Source of the DNA: Dendrobates tinctorius
Lineage: Eukaryota
Assembly: GCF_039654945.1 (NCBI RefSeq)
Contig: NW_027361673.1
Span: 33,790,001 to 33,854,000 of the forward strand
DNA: 64,000 nt
Reading direction: 5' to 3'
Shown here: positions 1 through 12,991 of the stretch, in pieces
Numbering within the stretch: the first letter of the stretch is position 1
How the letters are laid out: every line of letters starts with the position of its first letter
Notes under the pieces: model-generated
Told to the model about the DNA's origin: nothing
The model's database searches: none
What the model saw: the letters and a program-made list of their open reading frames with translations, nothing else
Position numbers and translations under genes: made by a program

Positions 1-2613
1 GTGTAAACGCACCCCCCAAAAGAAATTCTTGAAATGCTGGTTTTTATTCATTCTGCATCCCAAAAATTGGAATAAAAAGCGATCAAAAAATGTCACGTGC
101 CCGAAAATGGTACCAATAAAAACATCAACTCGTCCCGCAATAAATAAGACCTCACATGACTCGGTGGGTCAAAATATGGAAAAATTATAGCTCTCAATAT
201 GTGGTGATGCAAAAACTATTTTTACAATAAAAAGCGTCTTTAAGCGTGCAACAACTGCCAAACATAAAAACCCGCCATAAATAGTAAATCAAACCCCCCT
301 TTATCACCCACTAAGTTAGGGAAAAATAATAAAATAAAAAAAAATGTATTTATTTCCATTAGGCTTAGGGCTAGGGTTAGAGCTTCGGTTAGTGCTAGGG
401 TTAGGCTGTGTGCACACAATGTGGATTCTGCTGCGGATTTTTCTGCGCAGATTTGGCTAAATCCGTAGGTCAAACGACCTGCGTTTTAACTGCGGATTTA
501 ATGGAGATTATCCTGTGGCTTTCCCCTGCGTTTTGACACCTGGTAATGGAGCAGGTGGCAAACCGCTGCAGATTCCACATAAAGAAGTGACATGCTGCGG
601 ATTTAAAACCGCAGCAAATCCGCGCAGAAAAATCAGCAGCATCTGCACTGCGTTTTTCATTTGCCATTGAATATAAAGATACTGTAAAATGCAACAGAAA
701 CTGCTGCGGATCCACAGGGCCAAATCCGTTGCGGATCCCCTGCAGAATCCGCAACATGTGTACAAATCCTAAGGGTTAGGGCTGAGATTAGGGTTAAGGG
801 TGTGTTGGGGTTAGGGTTGAAGTTAGAATTGGGGGGTTTCCACTGCTTGGGCACATCAGGTGCTCACCAAATGCAACATGGTGTCTTATCTCAATTCCAG
901 CAAATTCTGCATTCAAAAAGTCAAACGGTGCTCCTTCCCTTCCAAGCTCTGCCATGCGCCCAAACAGTGGTTTACCCCCACATATGGGGTATCAGCCTAC
1001 TCAGGACAAATTGCACAACAAATTTTGGGGTACAATTTCTCCTGTTACCCTTGGGAAAATAAAAAATTGGGGACAAAAATATGATTTTTTTGTGGAAAAA
1101 AATATGATTTTTTATTTTTATGGCTCTACGTTATAAACTTCTGTGAAGTACTTGGGGGTTCAAAGTGCTCACCACACATCTAGATAAGTTCCTTGGGGGG
1201 GTCTAGTTTCCAAAATGGGGTCACTTGTGGGGGGTTTCCACAGTTTTGGCACATCAGGGGCTCTCCAAACGCGACATGGCGTCCGATCTCAATTCCAGCC
1301 AAAAAAGTCAATTCTCGCTACTTCCCTTCCGAGCTCTGCCATGCGCCCAAATAGTAATTTATCCCCACATATGGGGTATCAGCATACTCAGGACAAATTG
1401 CAAAATAACTTTTGTGGTCCTGTTACCCTTGGAAAAATAAAAATTGGGGGTGAAAAGATCCATTTTTGTGAAGAAAATATGATTTTTTAATTGTACGGCT
1501 GTACGTTATAAACGTCTGTGAAGCCCTTGGGGGTTCAAAGTTCTCACCACACATCTAGATAAGTTCCTTGGGGGGTCTAGTTTCCAAAATGGTGTCATTT
1601 GTGGGGGGTTTCCACTGTTTTGGCACATTAGGGACTTTCATGGCGACATGGCGTCCGATCTCAATTCCAGCCAAAAAGTCAAATGACACTGATTCCCTTC
1701 CGAGCTCTGCTATGCGCCCAAATAGTCGTTTACCCCCACATATGGGTCTAGCTTCCAAAATGGTGTCATTTGCGGGGGGTTTCCACTGTTTTGGCACATC
1801 AGGGGCTCTCCAAACGTGACATGGCGTCTGATCTGAATTCCAGCCAATTTTGCGTTGAAAGGCAGACGGCGCTCCTTTCCTTCTGAGCTCTGCCATGCAT
1901 GGAAACAGTGGTTCCCCCCCAACATAGGTATCAGCATACTCAGGCCAAATTGCACAATAACTTTTGCAGTCCAATTTCTCCTGTTACCCTTGGTAAAATA
2001 AAAAAAATTGGACCTGAAGTAATTTTTTTGTGAAAAAAAAGTTAAATGTTTTTTTTAAACATTCAAAAAATTCCTGTGACGCACCTGAAGGGTTAATAAA
2101 CTTCTTGAAATGTGGTTTTGAGCACCTTGAGGGGTGCAGTTTTTAGAATGTTGTCACTTTTGGGTATTTTCAATCATATAGACCCCTCAAAGTTACTTCA
2201 AATGTGATGTGGTCCCTAAAAATAAAATGGTGTAAAAATGAGAAATCACTGGTCAACTTTTAACCCTCATAGCTTCCTAAAAAAAATCATTTTGGTTCCC
2301 AAATTGTGCTGATGCAATGTTTACTTAAGTTTTTTGTGTGCCATATCTCTATGATTTAAGGACATAAAAATTCAAAGTTGGAAAATTGCAAAATTTTTGA
2401 CAAATTTCCATTTTTTTTTCACAAATAAACGCAAGTTATATGAATGAAATTTTACCACTAACATGAAGTACAATATGTCACGAGAAAACAATGTCAGAAT
2501 CACCGGGATCCATGAAAGCGATCCAGAGTTATGACCGCATAAAGGGACAGTGGTCAGAATTGTAAAAATTGGCTGGGTCATTAATGTGCAAACCACCCTT
2601 GGGGGTAAAGGGG
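1..2613 (-). mobile_element. Long non-autonomous piggyBac-like DNA element (copy 1, other end outside window) with internal ~370-bp tandem units
   Basis: Ends in aagggg|ttaa at 2613-2617; reverse-complement homologue of the 16134-19269 element; repeated gtctagtttccaaaatgg units near 1201, 1574 and 1746. Confidence 0.8.
404..769. mobile_element. PIF/Harbinger-type MITE inserted in the telomere-like tract of copy 1
   Basis: TIRs ggctgtgtgcacac / gtgtacaaatcc, flanked by tta and taa; same family as 38575-39236 and 52051-52395. Confidence 0.75.
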
Positions 2614-3584
2614 TTAAAAAAAATTGGCTGCACCCTGATGCGCCTGTACTTGGTTTGAATAGTAATTCTGTTCTGACAGAGTTCTTTATATGTTTGGTCA
2701 CGAGAAGGGTGTACTGAGTGCCTGGATTTGGTTTGAACCATCATTCTTTGCTGATAGACTTCCTTTAATATGTGGACGAGTCCTTAGTGAAATTAGAGGA
2801 AAGGTAAAGGTGAAAATCTGTACTACTGGGGCTTTGTTCTTTAAATTCTGTCTTGTGAAAAAAGCTTTATGCTCTACAACCTTAAATTTTGTTTGGAGAC
2901 TATATCATCTTGCTTCATGTGTCTTAATATACAGTGGCATGTAAAAGTTTGTGCACTCCTGGTCAAACATACTGTTATTGTGAACAGTTAAGCAAGTTGA
3001 ATGTGAAATGATCTCCAAAAGGACTAAAGTTAAAAGATGACATATTTCTTTCGTATTTTAGGGCCGATGTGAAAGTTTGCGCTTGGATATTTGTGTGCTC
3101 AAATAACATTGACCAAGGTTTCAAACCTTAATTAGCCTATTAGGGTTAAGGCTTGTTCAGTATCATTGTTAGGAAAGGCCAGATGATGCAAATTTCCCAG
3201 CTTTCTGTGCCAAAAAACAGCAGCTATGTGCTCTTCTAAGCAGCTGCCTAGCACTCTGAAAAGGAAAATTGTAGAGGCCCACCAAGCAGAAGAAGGCTAT
3301 AAGAAGATAGCAAAGAGTCAACGTAAGGTCTGGAAGAAGAGTGAGAGCTGCTTGTAGGATTCCTAGGTAGGCAAATCAGAATGCCCAGCTTGAACACTTC
3401 AGAAAAATTTAGCAGACTCTAGAGTTGTGGCACATTATTCTACTGTTCAGAGACACCTGCACAAATATGGCCTTCAAGGAAGAGTCATCAAAAGAAAACC
3501 TCTCCTGCATCCTCACCATAAAATTCAGAATCAGAAGCATGCAAAAGAATATCTAAACAAACCTGATACATTTTGGAAGCAAGT

Positions 3585-6500
3585 TGTAGCATCAGCGTCA
3601 ATGTAAAGTCCCCTTCCCCGGCAGGGACGCTGACTCATTCACCGCTCCAGCCGTCATCTCACGCATCCTCGTTTTGCGGCTTCCTCGGTCTGCGTATGCC
3701 TGGAAGATCCCCGACCACTGGGCTTAGGGCATATGCACAGGCCCTGTTTCTTAAAGAGACAATGTGCACTGTCCAAAAGTGTCCTGAGCCAATGGCTGGG
3801 AGACACTTATTATTTAAGGCACCTACACCTGTTCGAAGGTGCCTGAGAAACATGTTCAGTCAGTTAGCCTGCACGCTTGCTTGTTCTCAGATCCCCTGTC
3901 TGCTAGTTCCGACTAATACCTGCCAGTACGCGCTTGTTCCTACTTGTTCCTGCTTGTGCCTTTCAGCATTTGCCTGCACCTACCGTGCCCTTCTGTATGC
4001 TAGCCGCACCTACCTGCATCTACCGTGCAAGTCTGTCAACCTCAGCCATGACTCACCAGCCTACCACCTAGGTTCCTGGTTCTGTCAGCTCTACCACATT
4101 ATGTTGGTGATCATACTCTATGCCGTGGATTCATTAATAAATGCACTCTGCACTTTGAGCTCTTGGTGCATCCGTTCCCTTCTGATTGAGCCAAAGTGGC
4201 ATTCTTCATTTCCCATCTTACTGGCGAAGCTCTGGCATGGCTCAATGCCCTATGGGAGAGGGGAGATCCTCTTGTCTCCAATCTCCAGATGTTTCTTGAG
4301 GCCTTTTGCAAAGTATTTAATGAGATTGGCACCATTTCCTCCACAGCATTCTCTCTCCTCAGATTGAGCCATGTCCAAATACATCAAAGAGAACCTAACC
4401 ACGGATGTATCCGAAAGGCATCCTCCATGGATTGAGCAGGATTCTTCTTTGTAAAGAAAAAGGATGGCTTATGTCATCCCTGTATTGACTAAAGGGGCCT
4501 CTCAACCAGATAATGATGAAGAATAAATATCCTCTGCCCCTCATATCAGAGTTGTTTGATTGCCTCAAAGGTTCCAGAGTCTTTACTAAACTTGACCTGC
4601 AAGGTCGTATAACCTAATCCGAATACGCCAGAGGGACGAGTGGAAGACAGCCTTTAACATCCGAGATGGTTATGTGCATCGTGTAATGCCGTTTAGGCTC
4701 TGTTATGCCCCAGCAGTCTTCTAAGAACTAGTGAACGATATCTTTCGGGACCATGTGTGGTGATTTACCTGGCTGACATATTGGTGTTCTCTCCCTTTAT
4801 GCCCACACACAGGTGGGATGTCAGCAAGGTTCTACAGAGACTGAGGAAGAGCCATTTGTATGCCAAGTTTGAAAAGTGCATCTTTGAGCAAACCTCTCTT
4901 CCATTCCTAGGGTACATCATCTCTCAGACTGGACCGAGGATGGATCTTGAGAAGTTGTCCGCTGTCCTGAAGTGATCTCGTTTTTACGGTCTGAAAGCAA
5001 TCCTATGGATCCTCATTCACCAATTACTACTGACAGTTCTTTCCACATTTCTCCTTTCTGATTGCCCCAATCTTTGCCCTGACCCGCAAAAGTTCTAACC
5101 TTAAGATGTGGACTCTGGAGGCTGAAAATGCCATTGTCTCCTTAAAACATGCCTTCTCCACTCCAGTATTGCACCAACCCGACAACAATAAGCAATTCTT
5201 TTTGGTGGTGGATGCTTCTTTCTCAGGGGCTGGAGCTGTCCTCACCTAGAAGTCTCCTTCCGGCCATATGGTGACCAGTGTCTTCTTCTCCAAAGTCTTC
5301 TCGGCTCCAGAACACAACTATTCGATAGGTGATCGAAAACTGTTGGTGATTAAACTGGCTCTGGAGGAGTGGCGCTTTTTGCTTGAGGGAGCGATGCATC
5401 CAGTAATTATTTACACTTATCAGAAGAACTTAGCCTATCTGCAGTCCGAACAGCGGCTAAATCCTCATTAAGCCAGGTGGTCTGACTGGCTTTTGTTGCT
5501 GAACAAGACAGGAAGCCGGTCCTTCAGTGTGGTCACTCATCTAAATTGACTGGTCATACCAAACAGAAGAAAATGGCTCTTATTTCTATGCATTATTGGT
5601 GGCCATCCCTACACAAAGATATTATGGATTTTGTTTCGGCCTGTCCCTTCTGTGTCCAGAATAAGGCTCCGAAATGGCTTCCAACCGGTCGGTTACTTCC
5701 TCACCCTGTACCATCGGCTCCCTGGCAGCACATTGCGATGGACTTCATTACCAATCTCCCAGTATCTGCCGGATGTACCCTCATTTGGGTAGTTGTGGAT
5801 CACTTCTCTAAGGATGGTCCATTTTACACTGATATCCGGTCTCCTGTCTGCTCCTGTGCTTGCCTAGAAGTACATCCAACATATCCGCCTCCATGGATTA
5901 CCTCTCCATATAGTCTTTTATAGAGGTGTCCAGTTTACATCTCAATTCTGTAGGGCAACCTGCAAACTACTTAATCACTCTGAACTTCTTTTCAGCCTAC
6001 CATCCCCAATCCAATGGACAAGTATACTAGGTCAATCAGATCCTAACCAACTTCCTACGGCATTTTGTCAGCCTCCTACCTTGGGCTGAATTCTCATAAC
6101 CATGTGTGTGAATCCTTAGCAAAATCTCCATTCTTCGTTGTGTATGGTCAACACCACAATATTCTGTTCCCTGTGTCAACTACCACCGAAATTCCTGCTG
6201 CTGAAATTCTCATCAAGAGCTTCTCTAAAATCCAGGCGGACACGAAGACAACACTATTGAAATCTTCCGAACAGATTAAAGAGATACGCGGACAAGAAAC
6301 GTCTAGACCCACCTCTGTTTCGTCATGAGGATAAGGTTTGCTTTTCTTGAAAGTTTGTCAGTTTTAAGCTACCTTCGTATAAGTTGAGTCCCTTGCTTCA
6401 CCAGTCCATTCAAAGTTCTCAAACAAACAGATTAATGCTGTAGCTTACAAGCTCAAACTCCTGGCTTCTTTATGGATCCCCAATTAATTCCATGTGCGTC

Positions 6501-7566
6501 TCTTCAAGCTTGTCTTCAGCTCCTTCTTCAAGGACCCGGGTACCACTCCTGCTTCAGTCATATCTGAAGATGTTTAAAAGGTAGAGAACATTCAGGCCAC
6601 GAGGATAAAAGGATTGGAAGGGGTTTGGTCCCGTGGAGAGGTTGAGGGAGCCCAAGGAGAACATCTATTCCCCTCTCCTCCTGGAGAGATTTCTTGCAGT
6701 CTTGAAGAAGAGGGGGAGTAAAGGAGGAAGTACTGAAGCTTTAGGGGCCCTGCACACTGCCCTCCCACAGCAGATGCCGACTCCCTAACCGCTCGGGCTC
6801 TCAGTCTGCACACGCCTGGCAGATCCCCAGGCACAGTGCTTAGGGCGTGCCCCCTTGTCTCTTGAAGAGACAGTGCACATCATCCAAAAGTGTTCATAGC
6901 CAATGGTTGGGAGACACAATTTATGGCACCTCCACATGTTGGGAGGTGCCTGAGCAAAGTGTTAAGTCAGTTAGTCTGCACGCTTGCTAGTTCTCAGGTC
7001 TGCTGTCTGTTAGTACCTGCCAGTTCCCACTTGTTCCTACTCATTCCTGCCTGCCCCTGCTTGTGCCTTTCAGCATCTGTCTGCACCTGACATGCCCATC
7101 TGTTTAACAGCTGTGCCAGTCTGTATACCTACCGTGCCTGTCTGTATACAAGCCGTATTTGCCTGCACCTGCAATGCCAGTCTGTATACCAGCCGTACCT
7201 GCCTGCATCTGCTGTCAGTCTCTATACCAGCTGTACCTGCCAGCCTGTATATCATTTGCACCTGCCATGCCAGTCTGTATTCCAGGTGTACCTGCCATGC
7301 GAGTCTGTATACCAGCCATGTCTATACCTGCTTTGTATCCCAGTATTCCTGCCGTGCCTGCCTGTAGTTGTCAAAGTCTATCCACTCCTGGCCATTCCAA
7401 CTATCTGCCCCTTTGGAGGTCAGCTGCCGCATGTCTGAGGTCTGCTGGAGTAGCACTTGGTGTCCATCTAGAGGCAAGTCTAACCACATCATCAGGGGCT
7501 CTAGCGAAGAGTCATGCATTTACCTAATTTCGCTCCTCCAGGCTCTCCACTATTATACCCGTTACA
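3585..7566 (+). mobile_element. Degenerate Ty3/Gypsy LTR retrotransposon with 5-bp TSD CAAGT
   Basis: caagt|TGTAGC...GTTACA|caagt. Partial 5' LTR ~3585-4040, gag fragment (AFFISHLTGEALAW), RT (IYLADILVFS, LYAKFEKCIF), RNase H ([20 protein letters not shown]), integrase (PWQHIAMDFI), purine tract ~6704-6730, 3' LTR ~6734-7566. Many stops and deletions. Confidence 0.92.
7085..7365 (+). repeat. Minisatellite (~28-30 bp unit, cctgccatgccagtctgtataccagccgta-like) inside the 3' LTR
   Basis: Repeated gtctgtatacc and acctgcc motifs. Confidence 0.75.
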
Positions 7567-7860
7567 CAAGTCCTTTGGAGGTTCAAATAGAACTCTTTGG
7601 CCACAATGATTAAAGGTATGTGTGGAGAAAAAAAGGGCACAGAATATGAGGAAAAGAACATCTTGCCAACCATTAAGCACAGGGGTGGATCAATCATGCT
7701 TTGGTGTTGTGTTGTAGCCAATGGCACAGGGAACAATTCATGGGTAGAGGGAAGAATAGATTAAATGAAATTTCAACAAAATCTTGCTGCAAGCATAACA
7801 CCATCTGTAAATAAAAAGCTGAAGTTGAATAGAGGATAGCTTCTACAAATGGGTAATGAT

Positions 7861-8459
7861 TAGAGATGGGTGGACACCTGGATTTTCGGGTCCGGCTGAA
7901 CAGTTACAAAAAGTTTGGGTACCAGAACACTACCCGGACCCCATTCACTTGAATGGGGGGTCTGAACATCCAGTGTTTGCCATGCTGTTATGCACATGAC
8001 CCGGCATTTTTTCAATTACATAATTAAAACGGCATGGGAACCTCTCTATTCTTGATAACCAGACATGATAAAGCTGACAGCTGATTGCAGCCTGCAGTTG
8101 TCAGTTTTGCCAGGCTGGTTACCAAAAATAAAAAAATTACCTGGGGTCTGTGCTATTTATTTATTTCTCAGGCTGATGAATACTATCAGCGGAGCCTACT
8201 CTCATTGGGAGACGCCTGTGACTGGAGGTAAACTTTTTGCCGCCGTTCACAGATGCCTGCTAATGATCTAACCGCTGATCAGAGGTTGTTTCCCATGCGG
8301 TCAATCAGATGACAGTGTGGCAAACAGCGGATGTTCAGGCCACCCATTCATCTGAATGGGGTATGGGTTCGGGTACTGTTCTAGTACCCGAACCAAACTT
8401 TTTTTAATTGTTTGTCCTAACCCACCGGACCTGAACATTCAAGGGTTCGCCCATCACTA
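7861..8459. mobile_element. hAT-like non-autonomous element
   Basis: TIRs tagagatggg / cccatcacta with subterminal gggtacc/gaacc motifs in inverted orientation. Confidence 0.65.
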
Positions 8460-9610
8460 CTCATTACATTTTAAATCACGAATTGCAACTCTGCTTCTAG
8501 AGGTTCATCACAATCCATATAGGACCATCAGATATGCACACAAAAATGTCACTTTATATTCAGCAGGTCTAGAGGGTTATTTGCAAAAATGAACCTAAAT
8601 TTACATTTAATAGTGATTTTTGGTAATGGAAAAAGAAAATATGGTTTTAGCAAATACATTTTTTTTTCCAAAGAGGTACTATGATAGAATACATTTACGG
8701 ATATACATAGGATGTGCCATAAATGTCTGATTAGTGGGGTTGAATAGTTGGAACTCTACTTCCAAAATAAATGTTGCACCACGTTTCTGTTGCATTCCCA
8801 AAACTGTGCCAAAGGAGATCCATACAATTCCCTTTTGACTGGACCCACACGGATGAAGCATGGATCCAATGGGTATTCTGTAAATGTATTTCATTGGAAC
8901 AAATATGAAGTCAGACATTAAAAGTTTGAATCGTTTGGCAGTAAATGTTTTGAATAGGGCTTAACTTTTCAAACTTAAAGTCCTCTATAGGGATAATGGT
9001 ATTTATACTGGGAGTTATCCGTTCAGATTTCTTCGCAACAAGCATCCCATCACAAAAATGTCTTGGAGCACACAAATTGTTAAAATAATCTTTATTTCTT
9101 TGGTTAACGTTATACTGAGGAGACTGCACCTCTGGAGTAAAACATCCAGGAAACAAGAGCAGAAATTTCTGAAAATGCAAAGCTTAGCATCTCCGCTAAT
9201 ACTGTCTTCAGAAGTCCTGGCAGATGCAGCTGATAAATGGATGTTTTAATTGGTTGGCAACATTAGGTTTTGCCTCTGGGTAAACTTGTTTTCTTAACCA
9301 TTACCCTATGACAACATAATTATGATACATGACTTCTTCATACAGTCAAAAATGTTGATACACAAAATTCTCAAATACATCTATACAATTTAATCATTTT
9401 TTTGGAAAGAAACATGAAGTGTGTGTGATAATCTATGTTGAGAACAGAAGCAGGTGTAGCTTCCAGCTTTAAAAAAAAAAAAATATCTATATTGACATAC
9501 GCACAGTATTACGCTCTATATATACACATACATCTACACACACACGCAGTCTTACGTTGCTTAAAATGTGAGAATTTATGTTGCTTCTAAGCCAACAAAT
9601 GATACTGTAT

Positions 9611-9933
9611 AAGATAAGATAATCCTTTAATCGTCCCACCATGGGGAAATTCAGAGCATTACAGCAGCAAGGCAGGAACAAGTACAGATACAGATGCATA
9701 AAGGCATTACATTGACAGTAGGTAGGTACATATACGAAAAAAAAAAAGATATAACCTATCACAACTTTGGATTTATCAGTTCACTGTTTGGGTCGTTCTC
9801 CGCTTTGGACAGTGCTGGTTATATAGCCTAACTGCAGCAGGAAGGAAGGACTTTCGATAGCGCTCCCTCTCACATTTAGGATGACATAGCCGGTCACTGA
9901 CAGTACTGCACATCTTTGTCATGGTCTCATGCA
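9611..9933 (-). mobile_element. 3' end of a Rex1/Babar-type LINE
   Basis: Minus frame HETMTKMCSTVSDRLCHPKCEKERYRKSFLPAAVRLYN; 3' UTR ends aatttccccatggtgggacgattaaaggatt followed by (atctt)n tail. Confidence 0.75.
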
Positions 9934-10196
9934 ACTATATATCTTGATCAAGGATCACAGTAACTAAATGACAAGACTGTCATCAGTTATAATTGGTGGT
10001 TGGTTTATCAAAAAATGAGCTGAATAATTTATAACTTGCCATGGTAGACCATGCTTAGTTATCAAAAATGTTAATTACTTTTACTCTTTCATTATAAGCC
10101 AAGTACCCATAGGAAAACGGTTGAAGTTAAAATGAAAGATGTCACAATGAATTACAAGTAGTTCCCAGGCACAGCTTATAGAGGATTAGAGGTTGA

Positions 10197-10602
10197 AGGG
10201 AACTTGTCACCTCCCAGGGCGTTTTTAAGTAAAAGAGCCAACTTCAGCAGCACTAAGGCTGCATTTTGTGAAGGTAGCTCTTGTTTCTGATCCCAAGTAA
10301 CACTGAAATATTGACTTTTATAACTTGCTCCTCATACCTGTATTGAGTCCCATAGGTATGGTGTATCCACCTGTATCAGCCACCTCTCAGCCATCCATCT
10401 TCCCCCTCTTGCATCTGTGCGCTGCCTCCTCCTGTGTTGCTGTTACATGCTGGCGCCTGCACTCTGCCAACAGTTCTCCGGCATGCGCAGTGCGCGTTAC
10501 CCGGGAGCTGACATTAAGCTATTGCGCCTGCATGTTGCGGAGGCCCCAGATCCCGCTCTGCAACACGCAGGCGCGATAGCCCGATGTCAGTTCCCGGGTG
10601 AC
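10197..10602. mobile_element. Truncated Kolobok/T2-type MITE (left arm plus central hairpin)
   Basis: agggaacttgtcacc terminus; inverted repeat ~10496-10542 vs ~10556-10602; right arm absent. Confidence 0.6.
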
Positions 10603-11456
10603 ACTCTTTCCCCAGTCCCGTACGCTCGGTGCCTTGGGGTGATCCTCGACTGCGCTCTCTTTCAAACCACATATCCAAGCCCTCGCCTCCTGCCGCCTCA
10701 AACTCAAAAATATTTTCCGGATCCGCTCATTCCTCAACCATGAAACCACAAAAACACTAGTGCATGCTCTTATCTCCTGCCTCGATTACTGCAACCTCTT
10801 ACTCTCTGGCCTCCCCTCTAGCACTCTGACTCCGCTCCAGTCCATCCTACACTCTGCTGCCCGACTAATCCACCTGTCTCCCTGCTATTCCCCAGCCTCC
10901 CCCTATGCTAGGCCCTTCACTGGCTTCCTATCGCCCAGAGGCTCCAATTCAAAACCCTAACCATGACATACAAAGCCATCCACAACCTGTCTCCTCCATA
11001 CATCTGTGACATGGTCTCTAGATACCTACCCGCACGCAACCTTCGATCATCTCAAGATCTCCTTCTCTACTCCCCCCTTATCTCTTCTTCCCACAACCAC
11101 ATACAAGACTTCTCCCGTGCTTCCCCCATACTCTGGAACTCCCTGCCGCAACACATCAGACTCTCACCATCAACGGAAACCTTCAAGAAGAACCTGAAGA
11201 TCCACCTGTTCCGACAAGCCTACAGCCTGCAATGATCCTCGGTCTACTGAACCACAGCAAGACCTGCTCTACCCTCTCCTACTGTATCCTCACCCACCCC
11301 TGTAGACTGTGAGCCCTCGCGGGCAGGGTCCCCTTTCCTTATGCACTTGTGTGTCCCTTGTCTTACACATGTTTACTATACTTGTCTATATTTCCCCTTT
11401 TCACATGTAAAGCGCCATGGAATAAATGGCTCTATATAAATGCATAATAATAATAA
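10603..11456 (+). mobile_element. 5'-truncated L2 LINE (ORF2 C-terminus, 3' UTR, (taa)n tail)
   Basis: [51 protein letters not shown]; tail tgtaaagcgccatggaataaatggc...taataataa. Confidence 0.9.
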
Positions 11457-12424
11457 GTGTCACCAGCAAAGCACCCCCACACCATGGCACAAAGACACTG
11501 TGGTTCGAATCAAAGATCTCAAATTTGGACTCATCAGACCAAAGCACAGATTTCCACTGGTCTAATGTCCATTCCTTGTGTTCTTTAGCCCAAACAAGTC
11601 TCTTCTGCTTGTTGCCTGTCCTTAGCAGTGGTTTCCTAGCAGCTATTTTACCATGAAGGCATGCTGCACAAAGTCTCCTCTTAACAGTTGTTGTAGACAT
11701 GTGTCTGCTGCTTGAACTCTGTGTGGCATTGACCTGGTCTCTATTCTGAGCTGCTGTTAACCTGCGATTTCTGAGGATGGTGACTCGGATGAACTTATCT
11801 TCCGCAGCAGAGGTGACTCTTGGTCTTCCTTTCCTGGGCCGGTCTTCATGTGAGCCAGTTTCTTTGTAGCGCTTGATTGTTTTTGCCACTGCACTTGGGG
11901 ACACTTTCAAAGTTTTCCCAATTTTTCGGACTGACTGACCTTCATTTCTTAAAGTAATGATGGCCACTCGTTTTTCTTTACTTAGCTGCGTTTTTCTTGC
12001 CATAATACAAATTCTAACAGTCTATTCAGTAGGACTATCAGCTGTGTATCCATCAGACTTCTGCACAACACAACTGATGGTCCCAACCCCATTTATAAGG
12101 CAAGAAATCCCACTTATTAAACCTGACAGGGCACACCTGTGAAGTGAAAATCATTTCCGGTGACTACCTCTTGAAGCTCATCAAGAGGATGCCAAGAGTG
12201 TGCAAAGCAGTAATTAAAGCAAAAGGTGGCTACACTTTGAAGAACCTAGAATATAAGACATACAGTATTTTCAGTTGTTTCATACTTTTCTGTTAGTTAT
12301 ATAATTCCACATATGTTAATTCATAGTTTTGATGCCTTCAGAGTGAATCTACAATTTTCATATTCATGAAAATAAAGAAAGCTTTTTGAATGAGAAGGTG
12401 TGTCCAAACTTTTGGTCTGTACTG
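11457..12424 (-). mobile_element. Tc1 transposon, 5' part only (transposase N-terminus from 12003)
   Basis: TIR cagtacagaccaaaagtttggacac with TA flank; MARKTQLSKEKR...GRPR...KPLL...VLWSDESKFE; internal deletion before VWGCFAG; truncated at the L2 tail. Confidence 0.9.
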
Positions 12425-12605
12425 TATATACACACACATACGATATAATGGAGCGTTACAAAATGCTGCTAAAATAATAATGGGCCATCAGAAAGTCAGT
12501 ACGAGTAGTATAACAGTTGCTTGTAATAATTAATCTTTACATTTGAACGTAAATTTTGGACGCTGCTTAAGTCATAAAACAAATTATCCCATACTTCCTG
12601 CTTAA

Positions 12606-12991
12606 AGGGAACTTCTCATGCTGAAAATAGTATCTGATCTAATGGTAGGATGTTATAGAGCAAGAGGAGTTGATCAGATTGATATAAATTTTTGTTGAAA
12701 TAATTTCAGTACAACTTGCATTTTATTCATTGATATCTCTGGTGTTCATATGCATACGACTCCAGAAGGCGATACTACTCAGACTAACAGTCTTCCCTAA
12801 ATGACTGTTCAGAGATAGCTGTCATTCGTTGAGTAGGACTCATCCACAGGACTCAAATGCATCGGAACACCAGGAATTTTTATGAATAAAATACAAGTTT
12901 TACTTAATCTTCTCCAAAAAAAAGTATTATTTCACCATCTATACGCGCTGTCCACAGTTGGGACTGCATGTACAATGTGACAACTTTCCTT
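12606..12991. mobile_element. Degenerate Kolobok/T2-type MITE
   Basis: ttaa|agggaacttctca ... tgacaactttcct|ttca. Confidence 0.5.

Larger units (their letters stand above)
2932..7860 (+). mobile_element. Degenerate Tc1 transposon split by an LTR element (pieces 2932-3584 and 7567-7860); 3' end missing
   Basis: ta|cagtggcatgtaaaagttt TIR; transposase remnants (RKPLL, FWKQV, IELFGHND, PTIKHRGGSIMLW) continue across the LTR insertion. Confidence 0.8.

Noticed and set aside
802-1974. Recurring ORFs such as MRPNSGLPPHMGYQ (also at 17161-17796 and 40937-43519) as a gene family
   Set aside because: Translations of tandem satellite units with inconsistent frames and stops
3573-4367. 264-aa ORF
   Set aside because: Runs through LTR sequence and an off-frame gag remnant; low-complexity and no domain
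8679-9310. Unique-looking sequence with short ORFs (8911-9180 etc.) as a possible exon of another gene
   Set aside because: All three minus frames hit stops soon after the candidate acceptor and no protein motif was recognisable on either strand
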